A DNA stretch of 64,000 bases from Pedosphaera sp. (lineage in GTDB: Bacteria > Verrucomicrobiota > Verrucomicrobiia > Limisphaerales > UBA9464): contig SIBK01000010.1 of assembly GCA_009695205.1 (NCBI GenBank), forward strand, positions 9,670 through 73,669, given 5' to 3'. The notes below the pieces were generated by a model. It had not been told where the DNA came from. It ran no database searches and saw only the letters and a list, made by a program, of their open reading frames with translations. This document shows, piece after piece, positions 32,770 through 42,719 of the stretch. Within the stretch, counting starts at the first letter, position 1. Every line of letters starts with the position of its first letter. Both the position numbers and the translations under genes were made by a program.

Positions 32770-33216
32770 ATGCGCACTCTGAAGTACCGAATTTTTGCGA
32801 TTATCGTGCTCTCCTTTTTCCGTTTGGCACCGGCCATGGTTGCTGCGCCGTCGGCGCTGGATCTCGTCGGCAAATGGGATGCCCTGATCGAGTTCGGCAA
32901 ATTCAGGATGAAGCTGGTGTTGCGAATCGTCCCTTCCAAGGACGGCAAGAAGGCCCAAGTTACGATGGATGTTCCTGAGCAAGGAGCCAAGGACGTGCCG
33001 GTTAGCGCCTTGCTTTTCAATCCACCAGAGGTTCGCCTGGAAATTGATCAATTCGGAACAACCTTCAATGGAAACTTGAGTGACGATGGCAGCGCGATTA
33101 CTGGCGAATTTGAGCAGGGGCCTGGCGGCCGCCCAGCCGGCGCGACCTTCAAACGAAACACTTCCCCGGAAAAGTCCGAGCTGCCAAAAAAGCTACCAGC
33201 ACCCACTGCTCAATAA
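32770..33216 (+). CDS. hypothetical secreted protein
   Basis: Trimmed to ATG 32770, giving a signal peptide (MRTLKYRIFAIIVLSFFRLAPAMVAA). Confidence 0.5.
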   Translation: MRTLKYRIFAIIVLSFFRLAPAMVAAPSALDLVGKWDALIEFGKFRMKLVLRIVPSKDGKKAQVTMDVPEQGAKDVPVSALLFNPPEVRLEIDQFGTTFNGNLSDDGSAITGEFEQGPGGRPAGATFKRNTSPEKSELPKKLPAPTAQ

Positions 33217-33232
33217 GTAGGAGAGATCGGAT

Positions 33233-34888
33233 ATGATGCATCTTCAAATGAAATCCTGGACTGGGTTCACTCTCAAGATTGTGAGTGCCCTATTAATCGT
33301 TTTATCGGAGTTCTCCTTGCTGGCCAGGGAAACACGGGACAAGGGAAAAGAGAGAGCTCATGGAACGGATTCGCTATTCAGCTCTGGCGAGATTCTACTG
33401 CTCCGCCTCAAAATTTCCGACAAGGAGATGGAGACCCTGCGGAAGTATCAGTGGAAGTTTGGCCGCCAGACAGAGCGTGAAAAGGTGCAGATCACAGTGC
33501 GGGAGGGGGCGAATCTCTATACCAATGTGTCCGTGCAGCTGAAAGGGGCGGCGGGAAGCTTTCGATCCATTGATGACCGGCCCGCCTTCACGTTGAATTT
33601 TGATCGGAATGCCAAACGTCAAACATTTCACGGTCTCAAGAAATTGAGCCTGAACAACTCCGTGCAGGATCCCACCTATCTCAGTGAGCAGTTTTGCCGG
33701 GAAATGTTTCTCAAAACGGATGTGCCGACGCCGCGGGCGGCGCATGCCCGAGTTGAGCTGAATGGGCGCGACCTCGGTCTCTATGTTTTGATGGAGGGGT
33801 GGGACAAGGAATTCCTTAAGCGCCATTTCAAGGATGCTTCGGGCAATCTTTACGACGGTGGATTCATTAAGGACGTTACGGATGAATTAAGCACAAACAG
33901 CGGTGACCCCACCGATCAATCGGATCGGTTAGCGTTGGCAGCGGCGGCACGGGAGCCAAATCCAACCAACCGACTGGCCCGGCTGGAGGCCGTGCTGGAC
34001 GTCGACCGATTTCTAACCTTCATGGCATTGGACGTGATGCTTTGGGATTGGGACGGATACCCCATGAATCGCAATAACTGGCGCCTTTTTCACGATCGAA
34101 GCACCGGAAAAATGGTTTTCATGCCGCACGGAATGGATCAAATGTTTTGGAAACCCGAGGGAAGCGTTCTTCCAACCGTTCAGGGCCTGATCGCCCAGTC
34201 TTTCATCGAGATCCCAGAGTTAAGGAAGCGGTATCTTGAGCGGATGAGAAAACTTCGATCGACGGTATTCAATGTCGATACCATGACTAATCGTGTGCGC
34301 GAGATAGCAAGCCGCGTCATTCCTGTTCTGACTCAGACAGATCCAGACAGCGCAAAGCAATACCCAACCGCCGTTGCAGATTTTACCAAAGCCATTGTGC
34401 GGCGGGGGCAAAGTTTGGACGAACAGTTGGCGCAATCCTTTGAGCCTGCGGCATTTGATGTCACGGGAGTCACGCGATTGAAGGGATGGCAGTCGAAACG
34501 TGAATTTGGGAGGCCGGAGTTTTCGCCCAGCGTGAGTTCAGGCGGGGAGCCAGTTCAGATTGGCAGCCGGCAGGGTAGCAGCATTGGAACATGGCGCAGC
34601 GGGATATTGCTGGAACGGGGCCGCTATCGGGTCGAAGGTCGGGTCAAGACGCAGGGTTTGGTGATGGATCCGGGCGATTCGCGCGGAGGCGCAAGGCTTC
34701 GGGTGAAAAGTGCCCGATCGGAGAGCCCGTTCCTGGGCGATTCAGAATGGAAGACCCTGGATTTGGAGTTTCAAGTCTCGGAACCCCTCTCAGAAGTGCA
34801 GGTGGTTTGTGAATATCGCGGAGCCGAGGGCAACGCGTGGTTCGATCTGGATTCAATCCGTGTCAAACGACTTCCGGCAACGAAGTAG
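33233..34888 (+). CDS. CotH kinase family protein
   Basis: Signal/TM N-terminus. CotH-like core: VSVQLKGAAGSFRSIDDRPAFTLNFD..KKLSLNNSVQDPTYLSE..ARVELNGRDLGLYVLMEGWDKEFL. Confidence 0.8.
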   Translation: MMHLQMKSWTGFTLKIVSALLIVLSEFSLLARETRDKGKERAHGTDSLFSSGEILLLRLKISDKEMETLRKYQWKFGRQTEREKVQITVREGANLYTNVSVQLKGAAGSFRSIDDRPAFTLNFDRNAKRQTFHGLKKLSLNNSVQDPTYLSEQFCREMFLKTDVPTPRAAHARVELNGRDLGLYVLMEGWDKEFLKRHFKDASGNLYDGGFIKDVTDELSTNSGDPTDQSDRLALAAAAREPNPTNRLARLEAVLDVDRFLTFMALDVMLWDWDGYPMNRNNWRLFHDRSTGKMVFMPHGMDQMFWKPEGSVLPTVQGLIAQSFIEIPELRKRYLERMRKLRSTVFNVDTMTNRVREIASRVIPVLTQTDPDSAKQYPTAVADFTKAIVRRGQSLDEQLAQSFEPAAFDVTGVTRLKGWQSKREFGRPEFSPSVSSGGEPVQIGSRQGSSIGTWRSGILLERGRYRVEGRVKTQGLVMDPGDSRGGARLRVKSARSESPFLGDSEWKTLDLEFQVSEPLSEVQVVCEYRGAEGNAWFDLDSIRVKRLPATK

Positions 34889-34914
34889 CCGTGGGTAGCG
34901 ATATACTTCGCCTC

Positions 34915-36324
34915 ATGCCACAGATTCTTCAGCACAGAGTGGTGGACGCCGCAGTCTATTTGCTGCCTGTGCGCACGCGGATGCCGTTGAAGTTTGGTCA
35001 CGAATCACTGACAGAAGTGACCTGTGTGCGGGTGCGTCTGCGGCTGACGGATCCTCGGGGCGAGATTGCCGATGGGTGGGGTGAAACGCCGCTCAGTGTA
35101 CAATGGTCATGGCCGGGGAGCCGGCCATTTGCCCCTCGGCTCGGGGCGATGATCGAATGCTGTCGACGTTTGGCTCGGGCTTGGGTGGATTTTCCCGCGG
35201 AAGGTCACGCTTTTGATCTGGGTCATGATTTTCTGGAGCAGGTGCTCCCGGGGCTATGGAGGGATCTAAATCGGAGCTTGGCGCCAACGGACGCCGGAAC
35301 GATGCCGTGGCTCGCTGCCTTGATTTGCAACTCCGCCTTCGATCTGGCGTTGCACGACGCGTGTGGACATCTCCTAAATCGGCCGATTTACCAGACGTAT
35401 ACCGGAGACTTTCTGAAGCGTGAACTATCCGAAGTCCTGATCCCGAACTCGGAGAACGCGACTGCCTTTCGGGAAAAGTTTCCGGCGGATTTCCTTCTGC
35501 CGAAACCCTTACAGACTCTGGCGGCTTGGCATCTAGTCGGCGGACTGGACCCACTGGATGAGGGTGAATTGTCTGGAAGCGAACCGGTAGACGAGCATCC
35601 CGTGTTGCTGGCGGACTGGATCCAACGCGATGGATTGAAGTGTTTGAAGGTAAAGTTGCGGGGGAATGATTCGGATTGGGACTACAGGCGGATGGTTCAG
35701 GTGGGGAGGATTGGGCGGGCGGGCGGCGTGAATGACTATTCTGCCGACTTCAATTGCACCGTGCGGGATCCAGCATATGTCTGCGAGATCCTGGATCATT
35801 TGGAACGAGACGAGCCGGAATTGTTTTCCAGCCTCCTCTATGTTGAACAACCATTTCCCTACGAACTCGAGGAACATTCCATTGACGTGAGAGCGGTCAG
35901 CCGGCGAAAGCCATTATTCTTGGATGAAAGCGCTCACGACTGGCGTTTGGTTCGGCTGGGTCTGGAGCTGGGATGGACTGGAGTTGCTCTCAAAACCTGC
36001 AAAACGCAGACCGGAGCCCTGTTGTCGGCCTGCTGGGCCCGCGCTCACGGCATGCAGATCATGGTGCAGGATCTCACCAACCCCATGCTGGCCCAGATCC
36101 CTCACTGTCTATTGGCAGCAAATGTCGGGACGATCCGAGGCGTGGAGACGAATGCCATGCAGTTCTATCCCGCCGCCAGCGAGCCCGAGGCGGTGGTGCA
36201 CCCAGGGCTCTATCGACGTCAGGGCGGCTGCGTGGAATTGGACTCTATTTCCGGGCCTGGGTTTGGGTATCGGCTCAACGATATCAGCCGGAAGCTTCCG
36301 CAACCGATCGTGGAGTATGGATAA
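34915..36324 (+). CDS. enolase-superfamily (mandelate racemase/muconate lactonizing enzyme-like) protein
   Basis: KVKLRG (KxK), FLDESAHD and VQDLTNP segments are consistent with an MR/MLE-type barrel. Start is uncertain (GTG 34891 or ATG 34915). Confidence 0.65.
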   Translation: MPQILQHRVVDAAVYLLPVRTRMPLKFGHESLTEVTCVRVRLRLTDPRGEIADGWGETPLSVQWSWPGSRPFAPRLGAMIECCRRLARAWVDFPAEGHAFDLGHDFLEQVLPGLWRDLNRSLAPTDAGTMPWLAALICNSAFDLALHDACGHLLNRPIYQTYTGDFLKRELSEVLIPNSENATAFREKFPADFLLPKPLQTLAAWHLVGGLDPLDEGELSGSEPVDEHPVLLADWIQRDGLKCLKVKLRGNDSDWDYRRMVQVGRIGRAGGVNDYSADFNCTVRDPAYVCEILDHLERDEPELFSSLLYVEQPFPYELEEHSIDVRAVSRRKPLFLDESAHDWRLVRLGLELGWTGVALKTCKTQTGALLSACWARAHGMQIMVQDLTNPMLAQIPHCLLAANVGTIRGVETNAMQFYPAASEPEAVVHPGLYRRQGGCVELDSISGPGFGYRLNDISRKLPQPIVEYG

Positions 36325-36369
36325 GTCACCCGTTTGCTTCCGGGCCGGCGGCTGCTAGCCTTGCGGCCG

Positions 36370-36669
36370 ATGAAGCTTGGTCTCCGCCTGATTGCGGGCA
36401 TGCTCCTTGTGGTGGGAGTTGCCCTCTGGTTTTTTGGCGGCCTGAACTGTGGTTGGACCAAAACCTACGAGGAAGACCCGACGACAGATGCGGTCACGAA
36501 TCTCACGTACTCCGAGAGACGGTATGTATTTCGTCCCGGGCTGGAATTTCTCGGAGCTACAGCTTTGGCGGCCGGGCTACTTGCGGCGCTTTCGTGTATG
36601 TTTCCGACTGCGGGCAACTCCGGAGTTGGACTGAACGTAAGAAGAGGCATTCAAACCCACCCTCAATGA
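36370..36669 (+). CDS. small membrane protein
   Basis: Trimmed to ATG 36370. Two hydrophobic helices (LIAGMLLVVGVALWFFGG; LGATALAAGLLAALSCMF). Confidence 0.45.
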   Translation: MKLGLRLIAGMLLVVGVALWFFGGLNCGWTKTYEEDPTTDAVTNLTYSERRYVFRPGLEFLGATALAAGLLAALSCMFPTAGNSGVGLNVRRGIQTHPQ

Positions 36670-36690
36670 CAGAACGATTCACCATCGCCT

Positions 36691-37452
36691 TTGGCTCTTT
36701 ATACAATGGAACCTGCTCCAAACTTCGCCCGTCGAAAACCCAAGATCGCCGCGGTTCAGCTCGAGGAAATTGATCTGGCCTCCGGCATATGGTGTCTGGA
36801 CAGTCCCCTGACCGTGCTGGGCATGCCTCTGGGGCATCGGATGACAGTGATTCGCCTTTCATCGGGAGATTTGTGGGTGCATTCGCCGGTGGAATGGACT
36901 CCGGCGCTTGGCGAAGTGTTGTCTTCCCTCGGGGATGTGCGGCACGTGGTGGCGCCGAGCTGTCAGCACGATCTCTATCTGGAGGGATGGTCGGCTCGAT
37001 ATCGCACCGCTCTGTTTTGGGCGGCACCTGGGTTGCGATCGAAGCAGGAGAAAGTGCCCTTCAGTGGTGATCTGGTCGATCAACTGAATTCAGAATGGGC
37101 TGGTCAGATTGATCAATGCCTGGTTGGTGGGATGCCCGGAGTCAATGAATTCGCATTTTTTCATCCAGCAAGCCGTTCACTCATCGTGGCGGACCTGGCG
37201 TTTAATCTGGCGTCCTCCGATGGTTTTCTATCCCGAACGTTGTTGAAAATGAACGGGTGCGCGCGCGGGTTTGGCCCAAACCGCTCGTTTCGATGGATGA
37301 TCAAGGATCGTACCGCGTTCGCCGCCTCACTCGAGCACGTGATGGTCTGGGATTTTGACAGGATCATTGTCGGCCATGGCGAGGTGGTTGAACGAAATGG
37401 GAAGCACACCATGGCGGCGGCGTTTGGCAAATTTCTCGGACTGGGTTCGTGA
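36691..37452 (+). CDS. DUF4336-like (metallo-beta-lactamase-fold) protein
   Basis: 253 aa. Segment GDLWVHSPVEWTPALGEVLSSLGDVRHVVAPSCQHDLYLEGW resembles DUF4336 as recalled. Family call is tentative. Confidence 0.6.
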   Translation: MALYTMEPAPNFARRKPKIAAVQLEEIDLASGIWCLDSPLTVLGMPLGHRMTVIRLSSGDLWVHSPVEWTPALGEVLSSLGDVRHVVAPSCQHDLYLEGWSARYRTALFWAAPGLRSKQEKVPFSGDLVDQLNSEWAGQIDQCLVGGMPGVNEFAFFHPASRSLIVADLAFNLASSDGFLSRTLLKMNGCARGFGPNRSFRWMIKDRTAFAASLEHVMVWDFDRIIVGHGEVVERNGKHTMAAAFGKFLGLGS

Positions 37453-37497
37453 CCAGGCCTGCACCGGATTAAGCAAGATCCTGGAACCGTTCCCCTG

Positions 37498-39351
37498 ATG
37501 CGCCGCTCTCATCCAATCACGCAATCGAACACCGACTCAACTGCCACGAGCCGTTCCACCCGGGAAATTGTCGTGCGCGTGTTCCGATATTTGCGGCCGT
37601 ACCCATGGATGGCGGTGGGAACAATTTCCTGCGCGCTTGTTTCATTACTGGCCTCGCTCGTTTATCCGCGGCTGACGGGGATCGTCGTCGATGAAATCAT
37701 CCGGGGCGGCCGTTCGGAGTGGCTCATCCGTGCGACGGCGGGTGTCGCTCTCGCGTTCTTCGTGCGGGATCTTTTCAACGGCATCCGCATTTGGCTTAAC
37801 AATTCGTTCGAGCAACGCGTCATCATCGACATCCGCCGGGAGGTTTACGGCAAGATGCAACGACTGCCGTCCAATTGGTTTGATCAGCGGTCCTCGGGAG
37901 ATTTGATGACCCGCGTGCTGGAGGACGTGAATGCGATGGAACGGTTTCTGATCGATGGAACCGAGCAGGGCGTGGTGGCGGTAATCAGTATTCTGGGAGT
38001 GCTGTTTCTCATGTTTTCAAAGCAGCCCGTCCTCGCGTGGGTGGCCATCATCCCACTGCCAATCCTGTCGGGTGGGGCCCTTTGGTATACTCTGACCGCC
38101 CACGCCCGATATCGAGCGCAACGACAAGCCAGCAGCGCCATGGGTGCGCTTCTGATGGATAACTTACAGGGGGTCCGACAGATCAAATCGTTTGTCCGTG
38201 AAGCCCACGAAGATCGCCGTTTCGCAGAGAAAGCCGAGGAATTGCGACGAGGCACACTCGGGGTAATGAAGGTATGGGCGGTATATCAGCCCTCGATGGC
38301 CTTTGCGGCGGCGCTTGGCACGGCGCTGGTTTTGTGGATCGGTGGGCAGCGGGTGATCGACGGTCGCATGCCCGTGGGGCAATTGATTGAATTCCTGTTA
38401 TATCTGGCGCTGTTTTACGGACCCGTCGGGCAGTTGCATTCATTGAATCAGATGTTGCAGGCAGCGCGGGCTTCCGGGGAACGCGTCTTCGACATCCTAG
38501 ACGCCCCCGGCGAGGCGCCCGCTAAGCTGACACCGTCTCCGGAGGGACTCGCAGGCTCGGGAGTCATCACCTATCGGGAAGTCAGTTTTGAATACGAGGT
38601 GGGCAGAGTGGCCCTGAGCGGGATTTCATTCTCCGCGCGGCCGGGTGAGGTGGTCGCCCTGGTTGGGCCGACGGGCGCGGGAAAAACGACTCTGGTGAGT
38701 TTACTGCCGCGTTTTTACACGGCGATGCAGGGCGTGATTCTGCTTGAGGGCCGCGATGTCCGGGACATCAGCCTGGATACTCTTCGCTCACGCATCGCCG
38801 TGGTCAGCCAGGAACCGTTCCTATTTAATGGAACCGTCCGGGAAAACATTGCGTACGGCAGGCTCGAGGCGACCTCCGACGAGTTAGTTGCCGCGGCCCG
38901 AGCGGCGAACTGTCACGAATTCATCGTCCGGCTTCCCGATTCCTATGAGACGCGCGTCGGTGAGCGCGGGGTTAAATTGAGTGTTGGCGAGAAGCAACGG
39001 ATCAGCATCGCGCGTGCCTTGCTGAAGAATGCACCGGTGCTGATCCTGGATGAGGCAACCGCCAGTGTGGACACCGGAACCGAGCGGCAAATTCAGGAGG
39101 CACTCGCCCGACTGATGAAAGGCCGGACCAGTCTGGTCATCGCCCATCGCCTAAGCACGATCCGAGATGCGGACCAAATCCTGGTATTGCAGGGCGGCCG
39201 CATAGTCCAGAGAGGCACTCATCTGGCATTGATGACCCAGGGCGGGCTCTATCGGAAGCTCTGGAACTTTCAGACAGCGGCGGACGAAATGATTGCAGTG
39301 AAAAACGGAAATGAGGGGAGTTCCGGGAATAAGGTCCTGGTGGCAAGTTAG
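37498..39351 (+). CDS. ABC exporter, fused permease/ATPase (MsbA-like)
   Basis: Six-helix TMD followed by Walker A GPTGAGKTT, signature LSVGEKQR and Walker B ILILDEATS. Confidence 0.9.
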   Translation: MRRSHPITQSNTDSTATSRSTREIVVRVFRYLRPYPWMAVGTISCALVSLLASLVYPRLTGIVVDEIIRGGRSEWLIRATAGVALAFFVRDLFNGIRIWLNNSFEQRVIIDIRREVYGKMQRLPSNWFDQRSSGDLMTRVLEDVNAMERFLIDGTEQGVVAVISILGVLFLMFSKQPVLAWVAIIPLPILSGGALWYTLTAHARYRAQRQASSAMGALLMDNLQGVRQIKSFVREAHEDRRFAEKAEELRRGTLGVMKVWAVYQPSMAFAAALGTALVLWIGGQRVIDGRMPVGQLIEFLLYLALFYGPVGQLHSLNQMLQAARASGERVFDILDAPGEAPAKLTPSPEGLAGSGVITYREVSFEYEVGRVALSGISFSARPGEVVALVGPTGAGKTTLVSLLPRFYTAMQGVILLEGRDVRDISLDTLRSRIAVVSQEPFLFNGTVRENIAYGRLEATSDELVAAARAANCHEFIVRLPDSYETRVGERGVKLSVGEKQRISIARALLKNAPVLILDEATASVDTGTERQIQEALARLMKGRTSLVIAHRLSTIRDADQILVLQGGRIVQRGTHLALMTQGGLYRKLWNFQTAADEMIAVKNGNEGSSGNKVLVAS

Positions 39352-39471
39352 AGAGCACGCACGTATCGGGCGCGATCCGGTGCGCGGCTCCCGATGAATT
39401 AGGGTGCCTGGCATCTCTCGCGAGGCAAACAAGTATAGCCCTCCTGGCAAGAAACTCAGCAGTCCTGAGAC

Positions 39472-40250
39472 TTAAATGCCCGGTTGTCCCAAGATCGCAC
39501 GGGCTTCGTCCTGGGGCGCGAGTTGGGTTCGTCGGTAGAGTGTATACGTGTTTCGGGCTGAAATGCGGTCGCCGATCTTCATGCGTTTCAAAGGGCCCAG
39601 GGTCTCTAATTCCACGTACTGAAGCGGATCGCCGTTGGTATAAATCTCCACGCTCGACTCATTGTCTGGGTAATGCGAGTTGAGAATTCGTGGGGCGTCG
39701 ATCCGGAGGCAGAAGCGCTCCCCCACCCACAACAAGGTTCCGGAATCGGAACCGATCTTGTGGCTCTTGGCCGGGTCGCGCCTCATGGAAAGCAAACGGT
39801 CGCTGATTCCGAGGAATGCTGAATCCGGTTGCCACTGTCCATTATAACCTTCGGCGTAACGGGAGTTCTTGGGCACGGGGATGAACATGGCCTGGGGATG
39901 AGATCAAAGCTTTCCTGGGGTGCGGGCCACGTCTTGTCACCGCCGAAGTTACCCCAGTTGGTGGATGTGGGATCTGGGGCGTGCCCGTACAAGGTGGAAT
40001 TGTCCCAAAACGGACCGTCGGTGCCTTTGAACTGAAACGCCATCACTCGGCCGATGGCGGGAACGACGACGACTTCGACGTTCGAGTTGGCGAGGACAAG
40101 GCTTTGGTTCCAACCGTGTCATGCGTTGGTGGTTACGGAAACGAACGAGCGAGGGGCGGAGGGTGATGATGGCGATAGGGCGCAGCCGCCGGCGAGCATG
40201 GCAGCGGTGATAAGGAAACCGCGGAGGCGTGAGATTGGCAGAGGCTTCAT
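39472..40250 (-). pseudogene. lipoprotein (DUF4380/mutarotase-like) disrupted by an in-frame TGA and a frameshift
   Basis: Lipobox N-terminus MKPLPISRLRGFLITAAMLAGGC (ATG 40250). In-frame TGA at 40119-40121; the same frame continues HGWNQSLVLANSNVEVVVVPAIGRVMAFQFKG. A frame change at the C4 run 39894-39897 leads into ORF 39472..39888. Family name is tentative. Confidence 0.6.
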
Positions 40251-40331
40251 GGAGACAAAGAAAAAGCACGGGCGAGTTGCCCGTGCTTGAGGAAAGGAAA
40301 GGAAACGAAACGAACTGCGCAAGCGACGTAT

Positions 40332-40664
40332 TTAGGCGATGACTTTATCCAACACCGTCTTCAAGTCTTTCTTGCTTCGCAGGCCGCGAAGTTGCTCGAC
40401 AACGTGCCCGCCCTTGAAGAGCAGGAGCGTGGGAATGGCACTGACGCCATATTGGACCGCAAGGTTTTGGTTTGAATCGACGTCCACCTTCCCGATGGCG
40501 ACTCGCCCGGAGTATTCCTCAGCGAGTTCATCCAAGATTGGGGCAATCATCTTACAGGGGCCGCACCATTCCGCCCAGAAATCCACCAGAATTGGGTGAG
40601 CCGAATTGAGAACTTGATCGGAAAACGTGGTTTCGGTGAGATTGAGAACGTTCAGTGAGGCCAT
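40332..40664 (-). CDS. trxA: thioredoxin
   Basis: 110 aa with the WAEWCGPCK active site. Confidence 0.95.
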   Translation of the reverse strand: MASLNVLNLTETTFSDQVLNSAHPILVDFWAEWCGPCKMIAPILDELAEEYSGRVAIGKVDVDSNQNLAVQYGVSAIPTLLLFKGGHVVEQLRGLRSKKDLKTVLDKVIA

Positions 40665-40727
40665 GGATATTAAAGGCTTTGACGAGCGGACGGACGTGAT
40701 GAGAAGTGAGAAGAGCCGGGGCGTTGC

Positions 40728-41102
40728 TTACAAAAATGCAAGACGCAGAGCCGCCAGAGTACCGGCGATGACCGTACCGATGGCTAGGCCAACATCAACG
40801 CCGCTGACCGCATGGTGGGCCGGGCGTGGCGGAGCGGCGGCCGCAGCCCGAGGCGGAGGCGGTGCAGAGCTGACTGCGGGTCTTGCGGCACCGGGAGGGG
40901 GTGGCGCGGAGATGACTTGAGTGACCTTTGCTGCTCCGGACGCGGGCGCTGCGGGAGCCACGGAGGTGGGAATCTTGATGGACGGGCCGCCTGAGGGCTT
41001 GGAAGGCAAGCTGATACGAACCGTCTGTTTCTTGGCGGCGGCATCGGCGGGTGCGGGTCCAGGAGCACCGGCAGGGGGAATTGGAGGATTGGTATCAGAC
41101 AT
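40728..41102 (-). CDS. Pro/Ala-rich tail-anchored hypothetical protein
   Basis: 124-aa ORF. Low-complexity P/A-rich body and a single C-terminal hydrophobic helix (VGLAIGTVIAGTLAALRLAFL). Confidence 0.45.
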   Translation of the reverse strand: MSDTNPPIPPAGAPGPAPADAAAKKQTVRISLPSKPSGGPSIKIPTSVAPAAPASGAAKVTQVISAPPPPGAARPAVSSAPPPPRAAAAAPPRPAHHAVSGVDVGLAIGTVIAGTLAALRLAFL

Positions 41103-41262
41103 AAAATCAGTTGCGGAAAGCTAAGTGTCGCGCGCGGGAGGTGTCAATGGTCGTTTGGAGAAGTAGCTCGGAAAGCATCGGGATTCCGGTTGGCTGCCGT
41201 CTTTTCGACCGGGTCGAATAAAAAATCTCCTGTTCTGTCGCGCTCTTCCGCAGACTCTCCCC

Positions 41263-41772
41263 ATGGGCAAGCGCCGCGAGGCTCGGGAACGGGCCATTCA
41301 GTTTCTTTTTCAGCATGACATGAATCCGCCGGAGAATCTTCAGGCGGCCATCGATCATTTTTGGGAGTCGCATCGCTTGAGTTTGTATCTCGAAGGCAAG
41401 GGAGCAACGTGGGGGCAAAGCGTCGAGTTACCGGCTCCGACGGCCGATGAATCGGCGGTGCGTCTGTTTGCCGACCCACTCATCCGAGGTGTGGTGGAGC
41501 ATTGGACGGAGATCAACGCGGCGATCTCCCGGCATGCGCGGAACTGGGATCTCCACCGGATCGCTGTGATGGACCGAACCATTATGCGGTTGGCGATATT
41601 TGAAATGATGCATCGAGACGACATTCCGCCCGTAGTGAGCATTAATGAGGCCGTCGATCTGGCGAAAAAATTTTCCACAGGCGACAGCGGCAAGTTCGTG
41701 AACGGCATTCTCGACAAGGTGCGGGCTGAGATTCTTCGACCGGCGCGAACGGCGTCCGAAGGCCTAGTTTGA
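41263..41772 (+). CDS. nusB: transcription antitermination factor NusB
   Basis: RREARERAIQFLFQ N-terminus and the INEAVDLAKKF..FVNGILD C-terminal motif. Confidence 0.9.
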   Translation: MGKRREARERAIQFLFQHDMNPPENLQAAIDHFWESHRLSLYLEGKGATWGQSVELPAPTADESAVRLFADPLIRGVVEHWTEINAAISRHARNWDLHRIAVMDRTIMRLAIFEMMHRDDIPPVVSINEAVDLAKKFSTGDSGKFVNGILDKVRAEILRPARTASEGLV

Positions 41773-41835
41773 ACCGTTACCCACCCGAGACGTTGGGCGT
41801 GGGTCTTCTCGTTATATCCTCATTTCCTAATTTTT

Positions 41836-42660
41836 GTGTTTGCTGACCTGCACCTGCATACCCGCTATTCCGACGGCACATTTACGCCTGAGGAACTGGC
41901 TAGCCGAGCACAGCAGCAGGGCCTGTCAGCGGTGGCTCTAACCGATCACGACACGTTTGAAGGATGTGACGAGATGGCGGAGGCGTGCCGGAGGCGGAGC
42001 ATGGAGTTCATTCCAGGAGCCGAGCTGACCTCGGAGTTGGAGGGGCATGAACTGCACATTTTGGGCTACTGGATGAGTGCCGGCTACAAACCACTGACAG
42101 AGGCGTTGGCCCGGGCGCAGCGGGTACGCGTCGATCGGATTTCGGAGATGGTTGCGAGATTGAACAGGCGCGGGGTGGCACTGCGCGTCGAATCCGTTTT
42201 TGAAGTCGCCAACTGTCGATCGCCTGGACGGCCGCATGTAGCCCGAGCCTTGGTTCTGAATGGATTTTGCCGCGATTTCGATGAGGCGTTTGAAAAGTAT
42301 CTCAAGAAGGGCCGGCCTGCATGGGTGCCGAAGGCGAAGATGGATGCCCGCACGGGAATTCAACTCATTCACGGTGCCGGAGGAGTTGCCGTGCTGGCGC
42401 ATCCGGGGCTTTACCGGGTGGATGCACTGATCCCGCGGATCGCCGCCGAAGGCCTGGATGGCCTCGAATGCTGGCATTCCAAACATTCCGCAGAGGCATC
42501 CGAATATTTTCTCCAGATGGCGGACCACCTCAATCTAGCTCCCACCGGGGGAAGCGACTGCCATGGCTTTGCGAAGAACGAGCCGTTGATCGGCCGGGTA
42601 AAACTTCCGTATGCGCGGGTCGAAACTCTTCGTGCGCGGCGGCCGATCCTCATGAGTTAG
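41836..42660 (+). CDS. PHP-domain phosphoesterase (TrpH/YciV-like)
   Basis: FADLHLHTRYSDGT, ALTDHDT and AHPG motifs of PHP metal sites. GTG start. Confidence 0.8.
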   Translation: MFADLHLHTRYSDGTFTPEELASRAQQQGLSAVALTDHDTFEGCDEMAEACRRRSMEFIPGAELTSELEGHELHILGYWMSAGYKPLTEALARAQRVRVDRISEMVARLNRRGVALRVESVFEVANCRSPGRPHVARALVLNGFCRDFDEAFEKYLKKGRPAWVPKAKMDARTGIQLIHGAGGVAVLAHPGLYRVDALIPRIAAEGLDGLECWHSKHSAEASEYFLQMADHLNLAPTGGSDCHGFAKNEPLIGRVKLPYARVETLRARRPILMS

Positions 42661-42719
42661 AGGAGATCGATCCAACAGTCATTTCCCTTTGCGCAGCAAT
42701 TTTTCACACGCAATTCATC

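Noticed and set aside
40119-40121. In-frame TGA as selenocysteine
   Set aside because: The context (..TTNA*HGWN..) fits a TGG-to-TGA change. The same gene also has a frameshift. No redox-type Cys/Sec motif or obvious downstream stem-loop was noticed.
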